From NCBI GenBank assembly GCA_035388665.1, contig DAOOQF010000001.1, positions 1 through 60,849 of the forward strand: DNA of 60,849 bases, given 5' to 3'. The DNA comes from a bacterium. GTDB taxonomy: Bacteria > Patescibacteriota > Patescibacteriia > Patescibacteriales > UBA12465. Shown here in pieces: positions 9,967 through 20,313 of the stretch. Numbering within the stretch: position 1 is the first letter of the stretch; each line of letters begins with the position of its first letter. The notes under the pieces are model-generated. The model did no database searches. It had not been told where the DNA came from and saw only the letters and a program-made list of their open reading frames with translations. Made by a program: the position numbers and the translations under genes.

Positions 9967-11016
9967 TTATTTTTTATAAATAATTTCTAAATTATCAAAA
10001 TAATTACGATGACTAAAATATTGGTCAGTTCGTTTAATTATTTTATTCATATTATGGACGGTTTCAACTGGATAATTTCCCATAGCAGTTTCATCTGACA
10101 ACATTAAAGCATCGGCTCCATCAAAGATAGCATTGGCCACATCACTAACCTCGGCCCTAGTAGGACGATAATGATCAATCATAGAGGCCATCATTTGGGT
10201 AGCTACTATAGCTGGTTTATCGTGCCAATGAGCATGTCTAATTAAATTTTTTTGAACTATCGGAAGATCTTCCATTGGAATTTCAATTCCTAAATCACCA
10301 CGAGCAATCATAATACAATCAGAATTTCTAATAATACCATCGATATTATCTAGGGCGACTCCTCTCTCAATTTTTGAAATAATTTTAATATCCTCGTTTC
10401 CAATTGCCTGCTTAACCTTAATAACATCTTCGGGTGTTTGAACAAAAGAAGCTGCCACAAAATCCGGCTTCACCTTCTTAGCAAATTCTATATCCAATAA
10501 ATCTTTAGCGGTTAAGATATCTCTATTTAAAATAGTTTTAGGAACGTTAACCCCCTTACGAGACATTAACAATCCCCCTCGCTCGGCTCTGGCAATAAAT
10601 TTATTTTCTAATAAATTTATCTCCATTACCTTAAGCTCGATCATTCCACTATCCAAATAGATTGGGTCACCAATTTTTAGATCATTAATTAATCCCAAAT
10701 CATCAATTGGAATTTCAAGATTGTCAACGTTTCCCTTGTCATACATAATAGTATAAATTTCACCTTCGACAATCTCAATTTCATGTTTTAATTTTCCAAC
10801 TCTAATTCTTGGTCCCTGTAAATCAAATAAAATTCTAATTTTAATATTTAACTCCTCATTTATCTTATTAATATTTTCTTTAATTTTGTAATACTGATCA
10901 TAATTAGCATGAGAAAAATTCATTCTAATTAGATCCATTCCACTTAAAGCCATCGATTTTAAGGAATTATAATCCTCAGATTTTGGTCCAATCGTTGCAA
11001 TTATTTTAGCATTCAT
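9967..11016 (-). CDS. pyk: Pyruvate kinase, short form lacking the C-terminal (allosteric) domain
   Basis: KIIATIGP, MNFSHA, DLQGPRIRVG, the signature I.IISKIE and MIARGDLGIEIP, ATQMMASM, DGADALMLSDETA. The protein ends about 349 aa, shortly after the A domain. Confidence 0.88.
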   Translation of the reverse strand: MNAKIIATIGPKSEDYNSLKSMALSGMDLIRMNFSHANYDQYYKIKENINKINEELNIKIRILFDLQGPRIRVGKLKHEIEIVEGEIYTIMYDKGNVDNLEIPIDDLGLINDLKIGDPIYLDSGMIELKVMEINLLENKFIARAERGGLLMSRKGVNVPKTILNRDILTAKDLLDIEFAKKVKPDFVAASFVQTPEDVIKVKQAIGNEDIKIISKIERGVALDNIDGIIRNSDCIMIARGDLGIEIPMEDLPIVQKNLIRHAHWHDKPAIVATQMMASMIDHYRPTRAEVSDVANAIFDGADALMLSDETAMGNYPVETVHNMNKIIKRTDQYFSHRNYFDNLEIIYKK

Positions 11017-11086
11017 TTTTTTATTACCTATTTAGTTTCAGCTTGGTGCAATAAACCAGAAAGGTTTTATTAATTATTATTTAAAA

Positions 11087-11995
11087 TTAAGAAAGGCTCA
11101 TTACTCTCAAAGCCTTAATCCTATCTTCAATCGGCGGATGAGTCATAAAGGCTTTTGCCCATAAACTTTTTCTATTTTTCTTTTTTATTGGTTCTGATAT
11201 ATATAGATGAGCTGTGGCTCGATTGGCCTTTTCTAGGTCATTGGGATCAGCAGATATTTTTTCTAAGGCCCTGGCTAAACCCTCTGGATATCTAGTAATT
11301 AAAGCTCCATCGGCATCAGCCAAAAATTCTCTTTTGCGAGAAATAGCAAATTGCATAATATAAGCAAAAATTGGAGCTAAAATAGAAAAAACAATAGCCA
11401 ATATTATTATAATTAATTGCAATTGCCCCTTATTTTCGTTACTACGAGACCTACCTCCAGAATAAAAGGCCCATCTCCTAAACCAATCGGCCAAAAGAAC
11501 TATCATACCAACCATGACAGTGGTTAGGGTCGCAATTAAAATATCATAATTTTTTATATGAGACAATTCATGCGCAATTACTCCCTCCAACTCACTCTTT
11601 TCTAGTTTATTTAAAAGACCGGATGTTACAGCCACAACAGCATTTTTTGGATTCCTTCCAGTGGCAAAAGCATTGGGAGAGGCATCGTTGATAATATAAA
11701 TTTTAGGAGTTGGAAGGCCCACGGAAATACATAAATTTTCCACTAACCGATACAATTCTTTATTATTTTCAAATTTAAGCTCATGAGCTCCACTCATAGA
11801 CAAAACAATTTTGTCGCTAAACCAATAAGAAATAAAAGAAGAAATAATACTTATAAAAACCACCACGTATAAAATCATAGAATCTTCCATGGCTACGCTA
11901 AAAATATACCCAACTAACATGGCAAAAACTAAAAAACCAGCAAATAAAAACCAAGTCTTTCTTTTGTTGGAATCGCTATGATTATATAGTGTCAT
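11087..11995 (-). CDS. htpX: M48-family zinc metalloprotease HtpX
   Basis: Four hydrophobic segments, HExxH as HELSHIKNYD, downstream REFLADADGA, C-terminal THPPIEDRI. Confidence 0.92.
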   Translation of the reverse strand: MTLYNHSDSNKRKTWFLFAGFLVFAMLVGYIFSVAMEDSMILYVVVFISIISSFISYWFSDKIVLSMSGAHELKFENNKELYRLVENLCISVGLPTPKIYIINDASPNAFATGRNPKNAVVAVTSGLLNKLEKSELEGVIAHELSHIKNYDILIATLTTVMVGMIVLLADWFRRWAFYSGGRSRSNENKGQLQLIIIILAIVFSILAPIFAYIMQFAISRKREFLADADGALITRYPEGLARALEKISADPNDLEKANRATAHLYISEPIKKKNRKSLWAKAFMTHPPIEDRIKALRVMSLS

Positions 11996-12054
11996 ATTTT
12001 AGATAATAAATTACCCTGATAAAAATCAAGGTAATTTTATTTTAAATATTTAAA

Positions 12055-12162
12055 TTATTTAAAAAATTTATTATAAACAATTATTATAATTATTCCGGCC
12101 ACTGCCACAATAGCTAGCGCAGAGCCAATTGGAAAAGAATTTCCATTGGAAAGATAATCCAT
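12055..12162 (-). CDS. Possible 35-aa single-pass membrane peptide between lemA and htpX (not in the ORF track)
   Basis: My translation: MDYLSNGNSFPIGSALAIVAVAGIIIIIVYNKFFK*. It has one clean TM helix and is on the same strand as both neighbours. No clear Shine-Dalgarno sequence. Could be chance in AT-rich DNA. Confidence 0.25.
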   Translation of the reverse strand: MDYLSNGNSFPIGSALAIVAVAGIIIIIVYNKFFK

Positions 12163-12173
12163 AAAATAATAAA

Positions 12174-12740
12174 TTAAAATTTAACCTCTATGTTTTCTCT
12201 TTGAGAAGCATCCTCTATCTCAAAAAAATTACGAGAAGAGAAGCCTAATTGCTTGGCAATAATATTAGTAGGAAAAACCTGTAATTTGGTATTAAAGTCT
12301 CTAACATTACCGTTATAGAAACGACGAGAAGCCTGAATTTTATTTTCAGTATCAGCTAATTCTCTTTGTAATTCCAAGAAGTTCTGATTAGCTTTTAAAT
12401 CTGGATAATTTTCACTTAAAGCAAAAATTGATTTAAGAGTAGAGGACAAAGCATTCTCAGCTTTTAATTTTCCCTCAATATCAGAGCTGTTTTGCATCGA
12501 CATAGCTGAATTTCTGGCCTGAACAACCTTTTCTAAGGTTTCTTTTTCGTGAGAAGCGTATCCCTTAACTGTTTCTATTAAATTTGGAATTAAATCATAG
12601 CGCCTCTTTAATTGAACATCGATATCACTCCAAGCCTCATCAACTCTATTTTTTAAACGAATCAATCCATTATACATGGAGATAATAGCAATAATCAAAA
12701 CAAATAAAATCGCTAGGATTATCCAAAGGACTGTAGACAT
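12174..12740 (-). CDS. lemA: LemA-family membrane protein
   Basis: N-terminal TM, then NGLIRLKNRVDEAWSDIDVQLKRRYDLIPNLIETVKGYASHEKETL and SENYPDLKANQNFLELQ, the canonical LemA pattern. Confidence 0.92.
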   Translation of the reverse strand: MSTVLWIILAILFVLIIAIISMYNGLIRLKNRVDEAWSDIDVQLKRRYDLIPNLIETVKGYASHEKETLEKVVQARNSAMSMQNSSDIEGKLKAENALSSTLKSIFALSENYPDLKANQNFLELQRELADTENKIQASRRFYNGNVRDFNTKLQVFPTNIIAKQLGFSSRNFFEIEDASQRENIEVKF

Positions 12741-12816
12741 AAATATTTTATATTAATTATAAGCAAAAACATTATAACAAAAAATGGGCAAAAAAACAAG
12801 AATATTTTTTATTATT

Positions 12817-14061
12817 TTATAAATTTTTTAATATTCTAACCAATTTAATAACCTTATTTTCAACTTTTTCAATAATACATTCGTATTCTTTTATTTTTAT
12901 TTTCATTCCCTCTTTAGGAATCTTCTTGATTTGAGTTAAAATGATATCAGCCATAGTGTCCAAACCGTCTTCGGAAATATTAATATTTAAAAACCTATTA
13001 ATATCACGAGCCTCCGTAAAGCCTGACACTATAATCTCGTTTTTACCAACTCTTTTAATTAGGGTGTTATCAATATCATGTTCATCAATTATTTCTCCCA
13101 CCAGCTCTTCAATAATATCCTCCAAGGTAACAATTCCATCGGTTCCACCATATTCATCTAAAACAACAGCAATATGTATTTTTCTTTTTTGAAACTCTTT
13201 TAGAACATTATTAATTATCATTTGTTTAGGAACAAAAACTATTGGTCGAATTAGAGCTGAAATATTTTCTTTTTCTTTTCCCTGCCTAAAAGCTAATAGA
13301 ATATCTTGAGCGTGAACAAAACCTTTAACTTTATCGGGATTCTCTTCGACTACCAAACATCTAGTAATTCCATGCTCCTCTATTTTTTCAGCACACTCTT
13401 CAATAAGAGCATCTTCTAAAATATAAACTAATTCAACCCTCGGGGTCATAATATCTTCGGCAGTAATGTCATTTAAGCTGAAAAGTTTTTCAATCATTGC
13501 TCCTTCACTCTTTTCTATTGTTCCTTGTTCTACCCCCGTCATGGCCATGGCCTTAAGCTCATCTTCACTGACCTTTTCTCCTTTGTATTGCCCAACAAAT
13601 AGACTAGTTATTTTATTCATTAAAAAAATAATTGGAAAAAAAAACTTTTTTAAAAATAGAAGGAAGGGAGAAAAAAGCCTAGATAAGGAATCAGCATAAG
13701 AAGAGGCAAAAGCTTTGGGAACAATTTCTCCAAGAATTAAAATTATAATAGTCATAACACCCGTGGTAATACCAATTACAGCCGAATTGAAATAATAAGA
13801 AAAAACCACGGTAGCCAAAGAGGCTGCGCCGATATTAACTATGTTATTACCAATTAAAATTGTTATCAGTAGAGACCGGGGATCTGACTTTAATTTTTTA
13901 ACTAATTTAGCATTCTTTTTTTTGTTATTTATCATAGTGGATACTCTAGCCTCACTAAGAGACAAAAATGCTACCTCGGCTGAAGAAAAAAAGGCTGACA
14001 AAAATACTAAAGCTATCAACAAAACTATATAATATTCCATAAAAATTTTTTTATAAATCAA
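12817..14061 (-). CDS. CNNM/DUF21 - CBS pair - CorC_HlyC family membrane protein (TlyC/CorC-like)
   Basis: Four N-terminal TMs with GEI.PK, a CBS pair region (DIMTPR...), C-terminal GGT.GIVTLEDIIEELVGEI. The start may instead be the internal Met at 14040, which removes the overlap with rarA. Confidence 0.88.
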   Translation of the reverse strand: MIYKKIFMEYYIVLLIALVFLSAFFSSAEVAFLSLSEARVSTMINNKKKNAKLVKKLKSDPRSLLITILIGNNIVNIGAASLATVVFSYYFNSAVIGITTGVMTIIILILGEIVPKAFASSYADSLSRLFSPFLLFLKKFFFPIIFLMNKITSLFVGQYKGEKVSEDELKAMAMTGVEQGTIEKSEGAMIEKLFSLNDITAEDIMTPRVELVYILEDALIEECAEKIEEHGITRCLVVEENPDKVKGFVHAQDILLAFRQGKEKENISALIRPIVFVPKQMIINNVLKEFQKRKIHIAVVLDEYGGTDGIVTLEDIIEELVGEIIDEHDIDNTLIKRVGKNEIIVSGFTEARDINRFLNINISEDGLDTMADIILTQIKKIPKEGMKIKIKEYECIIEKVENKVIKLVRILKNL

Positions 14062-15259
14062 TTTTTAAATTTTTTATTTTTTTAAATTCTTTACTCTTTA
14101 ATCCTTTTGGTAAATACTCTTGACCGGAATCATCTTCTACTGGAGTATACTTATAGTTTTTAGCATAACCCAGATTTTTCATCAACTCTGTCGGAGCATT
14201 TCTTAAATGAAGTGGAACTGGTAAGGAGCCACTCAATTTAACTTCATCTAAGGTGGCATTATAAGCCTGATAAACTGCTACACTTTTTTTTGATTTTGCT
14301 AAATAAAGAACACATTGAGCTAAGGCTAGACTACATTCCGGCAAGCCAATTTTAGCGCAAGCCTCGTAAGCCGAATTAGCTATCATTAAAGCGCTATTAT
14401 TAACTAAGCCAATATCTTCACTGGCAAAACGAATCAGTCTCCTAGCTATAAATAAGGGATCTTCTCCGGACTCTATCATTCTGACCAACCAATAAAGCGA
14501 AGCCTGAGCATCATTACCTCTGATGGACTTATGAAGAGCTGAGATAATATTATAATTCTCTTCACCGTTTTTATCATAATTTAATTGGGGCTTATTAGCA
14601 AGCTCTTTTATTAAATCAATAGAAACGACCTGGTCGGAAAAATAAATTAATTCTAAAATATTTAAAGATCTCCGGGCATCACCACCACTTAAACTAACTA
14701 TAAATTTTATTAAATCTTTTTTAATCTTTATTTTTAATTCTTTAGCCCCTCTCTCAACTATTTTGATTAAACTTTTTTCGTCCAAACTTTCTAATACAAT
14801 AACCTTTAGTCTTGATAACAATGATGAATTAATTGAAAAACTCGGATTCTCCGTAGTTGCTCCAATAAGTATCAATAACCCTTTTTCAACATAAGGTAAT
14901 AAGGCATCTTGTTGGGCCTTATTCCAACGATGAATCTCGTCAATAAATAAAACCGTTTTATTGCCCAATCTTTGACTAATTTCTGCCTGCTTCACTATCT
15001 CCCTTAAATCTTTAATTCCGCTATCAGTGGCCGACAAGGTCTTAAACTCAGCTTTAGTTTCCTTAGAAATTATATAAGCCAAAGTTGTTTTTCCCGACCC
15101 TGGTGGTCCCCAAAAAACCAAAGAAGTAACTTGGTCTTTTTCAATAACACCCCTAAGCCAAGAATTTTCTCCAATTATTTTTTCTTGACCAAAAAAATGA
15201 TCCAAATTGCTTGGTCGAAGTAAACTAGCTATCGGCTCTCTAGAATTAAGATTTGGCAT
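14051..15259 (-). CDS. rarA: Replication-associated recombination protein A (AAA+ ATPase RarA/MgsA)
   Basis: LRP..LD.F.GQE, Walker A GPPGSGKTTLA, Walker B LFIDEIHRWNKAQQDALLP.VE, GATTENPSF, C-terminal MgsA domain HKS.RG.D..A.LYWL.RM...GEDP. Confidence 0.93.
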   Translation of the reverse strand: MPNLNSREPIASLLRPSNLDHFFGQEKIIGENSWLRGVIEKDQVTSLVFWGPPGSGKTTLAYIISKETKAEFKTLSATDSGIKDLREIVKQAEISQRLGNKTVLFIDEIHRWNKAQQDALLPYVEKGLLILIGATTENPSFSINSSLLSRLKVIVLESLDEKSLIKIVERGAKELKIKIKKDLIKFIVSLSGGDARRSLNILELIYFSDQVVSIDLIKELANKPQLNYDKNGEENYNIISALHKSIRGNDAQASLYWLVRMIESGEDPLFIARRLIRFASEDIGLVNNSALMIANSAYEACAKIGLPECSLALAQCVLYLAKSKKSVAVYQAYNATLDEVKLSGSLPVPLHLRNAPTELMKNLGYAKNYKYTPVEDDSGQEYLPKGLKSKEFKKIKNLKIDL

Positions 15260-15266
15260 AATTATT

Positions 15267-17780
15267 CTACTTATTCTTATAATAAAAGAATTTAATAATT
15301 TCAGAAAAAATTAAATAAATAATTGAAACTATCAGAATTATTAGCAAATGATATGGGTTTGGACTTATGAAGCCAAAAACTCTATGCCCCAAAGCAGTAA
15401 ATGGAATAATAATAGTAATAATAGCGGCGATTAAAGTCAAGGCACCCACTAAAAAAGATGGACGTCGAGCTTTAAACATAAACTTTCTAGTTCTAATGGA
15501 AAACAAAAAGGCCAACTCAGTTAAAATGCTAGCAATAAACCAATTTGTTTGCAAAACCTCTGGGGAAATTTTATAGAACATTGCAAAAAACATGAAGTCA
15601 AAAACTGAACTTAATATTCCTAAGATCATGGCAATAATAATAATATCTTTAACTTGATATTTTTTGGGGGACAATAATTCTTCTTTATCGACATTATCTG
15701 TAGCGATAGCAATCATTGGGAAATCTGACAATAAGTTTAATAATAAAATTTGTAAGGGCAACATCGGTAAGAAATCAATTAACAACGAGGCAATGGCTAC
15801 AGCATAAAAATTACCAAAATTGGAAGCTAAAGTGGCCTTAATATATTTACTACTATTGGCAAATATTTTTCTGCCCTCCTTTATTCCCTCAATAATAACA
15901 TTCAAATCGCTCTCTAGCAGAACAATGTCGGCTGCTTCCCTGGCAATATCAGAAGCATTTTTAACGACCAGGGAGACACCGGCAACTCTCAGAGCAGGGG
16001 CGTCATTAATTCCGTCACCAATATATCCGACATTATACTTTTCTTGTAGGGTTTTTATAATATCAAATTTTTGCTCTGGTAAAACCCTGGCAAAAACTTG
16101 ATACTCTTCTAAAACCTTTTTCTTCTCATCCTCAGATAGTCCAATAAAGTCTTTAGCTAAAAAAACTTTTTTAGGGTCATCTATTAAACCAATTTGATAG
16201 GCCACTGAACCAGCTACCTCAACACTATCCCCAGTAATAATTTTTAAACCGACATTTAATTCTCGAGCATCAATTACGGCCCTTTTAACTGATTCCTTTA
16301 TTGGATCAGCCAAGGATAATAAACCCAAAAACTCTAAATCCTTTTCAGCCTCTACTAATTTATTTTTTAAATCATCTAAATTCACTTCTTTCAAATCTTT
16401 TTTAGCAATAGCCAAGACCCGTCTACCTAAAAAACCTTGCTCTGAAATCCATTTTCTAATATCTGACTTTTGACTTTCATCTAAATTACCACTCAGTTCA
16501 AAAATAGCTTCAGCCGCCCCCCTCACTATCAATTCTAAATTATCATTTTTTACTAAGACATTATTTCTTTGTCTCTCCGGATCAAAGGGGGTGTCAATTA
16601 TAAATTCGAACTTAGCAAATTCTTTTTTATCCGTTTCGTCCATTTTATCAAAAATAGCAATATCAAAAGGTTCTTTCTTTTCTTCTAAACGAGAAGTAGC
16701 CAAACCAGCATACAATAATATTTTTTTAACGGGATTAATAGAGCTATAAAAATCAATAACCGTTAATTTATTTTCTGTGAGAGTCCCAGTCTTATCGGAA
16801 CATAGAATATCAATATTACCTAAATCTTCTACCGAAGATAATCTTTTAACAACCACATTATGTTTGGCTAAATTCATTGCTCCCTTAGAGAAAGAAAAGG
16901 TCATCACCAACGGTAGCGCTTCTGGTATAACTGATATTGCAAGGGCAATTGAAAAAATCGTTAATTCCAAAATATTTAAACCATCTTTAAAGAAAGCATT
17001 AAAAACAAAGACAAAAACCAAAGTAATCAAAACTAATTTTAAAATAAAAGAACTAAAACGTGATATGCCCTTTTCAAAATCGCTAGTCCTTTTAACCTTG
17101 GAAGCTAATTTTGAAATGCCCCCTAGAAAAGTGTCCCTGCCAATGGCCACAACGATAGCCCTGGCTTTACCCCGAACCACTGAAGTCCCAGAAAAACACA
17201 AATTAGAAGCTGAAAAACAATTTATATCATCACTTAAGATTCTCTCTCCTTGTTTGACAATATTTAGAGACTCCCCAGTTAAAATAGATTCATCAACATA
17301 TAAATCATGAGCTTCAATTATTCTTAAATCAGCTCCAATTTTGTCTCCAGTCTCTAGTTCCAAGATATCCCCGACCACCAATTCCTGACTGTCAATCATT
17401 TGTTTTTTGCCATCACGAATTACACGAGACTGAATTTTAATAAAACTCTTTAATAACCTAACCGTATTTTCTGATCTAAATTCCTGAAAAAATCCTAAAA
17501 TAGTATTAATAATGATAAACAATAAAATCATACTTCCCTCAACAAATTGACCGAGCGCAAAAGATAAAACCGAGGCAATCAACAATAGATAAATAAAAGC
17601 TGATTTAAATTGTTTAAAAAATATATTCCACCATTTAAAGTCTTTTTCTGGCAAGCTATTAGAGCCATTCTTCTCTAAACGAATTTTGGCCTCTTTCGAA
17701 CTAAGTCCTTTGTCAGAATCACTCTCAAGATCCAAGACTACTTGATGAGAGTCTTTTTTAGCCAATCCTAAAATTTTCAT
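15267..17780 (-). CDS. Cation-transporting P-type ATPase (type II/III, Mg2+/Ca2+-like)
   Basis: Cation_ATPase_N-like start (GLSSKEAK.RL...G.N.L), TGES actuator motif, phosphorylation site CSDKTGTLTENK, ITGDS, hinge GDGINDAPAL, about 10 TM segments. Confidence 0.92.
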   Translation of the reverse strand: MKILGLAKKDSHQVVLDLESDSDKGLSSKEAKIRLEKNGSNSLPEKDFKWWNIFFKQFKSAFIYLLLIASVLSFALGQFVEGSMILLFIIINTILGFFQEFRSENTVRLLKSFIKIQSRVIRDGKKQMIDSQELVVGDILELETGDKIGADLRIIEAHDLYVDESILTGESLNIVKQGERILSDDINCFSASNLCFSGTSVVRGKARAIVVAIGRDTFLGGISKLASKVKRTSDFEKGISRFSSFILKLVLITLVFVFVFNAFFKDGLNILELTIFSIALAISVIPEALPLVMTFSFSKGAMNLAKHNVVVKRLSSVEDLGNIDILCSDKTGTLTENKLTVIDFYSSINPVKKILLYAGLATSRLEEKKEPFDIAIFDKMDETDKKEFAKFEFIIDTPFDPERQRNNVLVKNDNLELIVRGAAEAIFELSGNLDESQKSDIRKWISEQGFLGRRVLAIAKKDLKEVNLDDLKNKLVEAEKDLEFLGLLSLADPIKESVKRAVIDARELNVGLKIITGDSVEVAGSVAYQIGLIDDPKKVFLAKDFIGLSEDEKKKVLEEYQVFARVLPEQKFDIIKTLQEKYNVGYIGDGINDAPALRVAGVSLVVKNASDIAREAADIVLLESDLNVIIEGIKEGRKIFANSSKYIKATLASNFGNFYAVAIASLLIDFLPMLPLQILLLNLLSDFPMIAIATDNVDKEELLSPKKYQVKDIIIIAMILGILSSVFDFMFFAMFYKISPEVLQTNWFIASILTELAFLFSIRTRKFMFKARRPSFLVGALTLIAAIITIIIPFTALGHRVFGFISPNPYHLLIILIVSIIYLIFSEIIKFFYYKNK

Positions 17781-17875
17781 AAATTTTTTATAAATAATAT
17801 AATATCATTATACTAAAAAATACTCTGAATTTCAAAGGATTTAAATTTAAAAGGTAAAAAAGAATATATATTAAT

Positions 17876-18847
17876 TTAAACCTTAAAACTAGGTAAAATA
17901 ATTTTAAATTTAGTGCCCTGCCCGACAAAACTACTGACCGAGATATTTCCGGAAAAATCTGTTTCGATAATTCTTTTAATAATAGTTAAACCAACGCCAC
18001 AATGATTAGAATTGTTTTCGTTCTTGGAAGAAAAAAATGGCTCAAAAATATTTTTTAACATATTCTTTGATATCCCCTTGCCAGAATCTTCAACGACCAA
18101 CTCGATTCGATGGCAATTACATTTTTTGTAATTAATTTCTCGAGCCAAAACTAAAATCTTTCTATTCTTTTGGCCAACATCAAAAGACTCTATGGCATTA
18201 TTTATCAAATTAAAAACAACCTGGCCAAATTTAATCGGATCGCCAAAAATATTAATATCTTTTTTTATTATTATTTCTGTTTCAATATTATTCTTAATAA
18301 AATTATATTCTAAGATTAACAAATTCTTTTTTACTTCATTTAACAAATTAAATTTAACTTTATATTTGTCAGACTGGCACTGGCTTTTAAAAGACTTGAT
18401 TAAGAGATTAGCCCGATAATTTATTTTAAATATCTTAATAATAAATTTATTTAATTCTTTATTGTTTTTAAATTTTTCCATCATTCGGTGCAAAGCTAGA
18501 TTGGACGATGTTAAAATATTAGACAAGTCATGATAAACACCCAAAGAAATTTGTCCAGCCTCAGTTAAACTGCGAGTTTTAGATATTTTTAAAAAACATT
18601 CTTCCACCTTTTTATCGCATCTACTTAGTATTTTTTTGTTATTTTTTTTATTTTCTACCAATTTAGCTAACAAAATAAAAATTAATGAATTAATGGACAA
18701 AAATGATATAAGACATATTAAAAAAATTAATGAGAAATTTAGACCACAATCTTCGACATAAAAGATACAAGCCAAAAAAGCCAAAAAAGTTAAGAGATTT
18801 ATTAATATTATTCCCCAAAAAACTCGGCAATATTTAGTTAAGGTCAT
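17876..18847 (-). CDS. Sensor histidine kinase (two N-terminal TMs, no obvious sensor domain)
   Basis: H-box LGVYHDLSNIL, N-box VVFNLINNAIES, G1 DSGKGI, G2 GVGLTI. No response regulator is adjacent. Confidence 0.8.
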   Translation of the reverse strand: MTLTKYCRVFWGIILINLLTFLAFLACIFYVEDCGLNFSLIFLICLISFLSINSLIFILLAKLVENKKNNKKILSRCDKKVEECFLKISKTRSLTEAGQISLGVYHDLSNILTSSNLALHRMMEKFKNNKELNKFIIKIFKINYRANLLIKSFKSQCQSDKYKVKFNLLNEVKKNLLILEYNFIKNNIETEIIIKKDINIFGDPIKFGQVVFNLINNAIESFDVGQKNRKILVLAREINYKKCNCHRIELVVEDSGKGISKNMLKNIFEPFFSSKNENNSNHCGVGLTIIKRIIETDFSGNISVSSFVGQGTKFKIILPSFKV

Positions 18848-18938
18848 TTTTTATAAAAATTAATTTTCAAAATTATAAATAAAAAATATCAAATTTAAAA
18901 TGAAATAAAAATTAATTTATGATAAATTTAAATTAAAT

Positions 18939-18958
18939 AAACAGCTTTGTAGCTGTTT
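18939..18958 (-). terminator. Hairpin overlapping the mtaB stop codon (candidate intrinsic terminator)
   Basis: AAACAGCT-TTGT-AGCTGTTT is a perfect 8-bp stem with a 4-nt loop. On the minus strand it is followed by A/T-rich sequence (ATTTAATTT). Confidence 0.45.
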
Positions 18959-20249
18959 ATTTAGGTTTATATTCAATTATTTTTCCTATGCAATTATCCT
19001 GGCTATTTAAGGAAATCAACGGACAATCATTCTTAAAGTCAGACCGCCCGACTACAATATCAAAATAAAATTCGGTCTTTAATTTAACAAATTTATCAGA
19101 AATATTTTCGATCAAAACCATAAAATTATCAGACTTACACAAAATTTCTTGTTGATATTCTTTTTCCATTTTTTGAGATAATAAGCGTAATTTTGCCGAA
19201 CGATTTTTTATTTCCCCAAGATCAACCTTGTCCGGAAAATGGAAGACCGGAGCCTTCTCATGAGCTGAAAAAGAAAAAACATGAATCTTAGAGAAATAAA
19301 TCTCTCGACAAAAATCAAAAGTTTCTCGAAAGTCCTTTTTTGTTTCCCCTGGAAAGCCAACGATAACATCGGTTGTTATAGAAATATCAGGAATCTTTTT
19401 TCTGATTCTTTTTATTTTATTAAGGAAATATTTTTTATCATAGGGCCTATTCATCAGTCTTAGAATTTTATCGTTGCCAGATTGTAAAGGAATATGCAGA
19501 TGACGACACATTTTTTTATTTTTGGAAATTAAATCGATAATTTCATCGCTAACCTCAGTAACCTCAATAGAGCTAAGCCTAATTCTTCCCAATCCTTTTA
19601 TTCTCAAGATTTTTAAAATTAACTTGTATAAATTAATTTCTTTGGTTGAAAAGTCCTGACCATATAGACCCAAATGAATTCCCGACAAAACAATCTCCGA
19701 AAATCCATTAGCAATAGCCCGTTCTATTTCTTCAATAATTTCTTTAATTGGGCAACTAATTAATGGCCCTCTAGAAAAAGGAATGATACAATAAGAACAA
19801 AATTGTTGACAACCATCCTGAACTTTTATGAAATAACGACTACGATCTTCGATGGGATTAAAATAACTGGTTATCACATCTTCTTTAATATTCTCAGAAA
19901 AAAAATTTGGCCAAGCATTTTCTATGTCATTTATAATATCCTTGTATTCCTTAGAGTTAGATATCAAATCCACATCTAAATTATTGATATTATATATTCT
20001 GGGCCAGCAACCAATTAAGATAATCTTGGACTTGGGGTTTTTTCTTTTTAATGAATTAATTATTTTTTTAGCTTTTAAAATAGCACTTTTTGTTACCGAG
20101 CAAGAATTAACTATAATTAAATCTGGATTTTTATCGGACAAAAAAAGACCAAGATTAATCAATAAGCTGGTCAAGGTGGCCGAATCATACTGATTAACCT
20201 TACATCCCAAAGTATAAATTTTGAATTTTATTTTTTTATTTCTTGTCAT
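18957..20249 (-). CDS. mtaB: Radical-SAM methylthiotransferase, MtaB-like (ms2t6A37)
   Basis: UPF0004 N-domain with TLGCKVNQYDS / NSCSVT / GCW cysteines, radical-SAM CQQFCSYCIIP, no obvious TRAM consensus. Subfamily assignment within MiaB/RimO/MtaB rests on the GCKVNQY-type N-terminus. Confidence 0.65.
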   Translation of the reverse strand: MTRNKKIKFKIYTLGCKVNQYDSATLTSLLINLGLFLSDKNPDLIIVNSCSVTKSAILKAKKIINSLKRKNPKSKIILIGCWPRIYNINNLDVDLISNSKEYKDIINDIENAWPNFFSENIKEDVITSYFNPIEDRSRYFIKVQDGCQQFCSYCIIPFSRGPLISCPIKEIIEEIERAIANGFSEIVLSGIHLGLYGQDFSTKEINLYKLILKILRIKGLGRIRLSSIEVTEVSDEIIDLISKNKKMCRHLHIPLQSGNDKILRLMNRPYDKKYFLNKIKRIRKKIPDISITTDVIVGFPGETKKDFRETFDFCREIYFSKIHVFSFSAHEKAPVFHFPDKVDLGEIKNRSAKLRLLSQKMEKEYQQEILCKSDNFMVLIENISDKFVKLKTEFYFDIVVGRSDFKNDCPLISLNSQDNCIGKIIEYKPK

Positions 20250-20313
20250 ATTAAAACTAAAATCAAAATGATATTTTTATTATAACAATATTGACCATAT
20301 TTTCCAAACAAAA

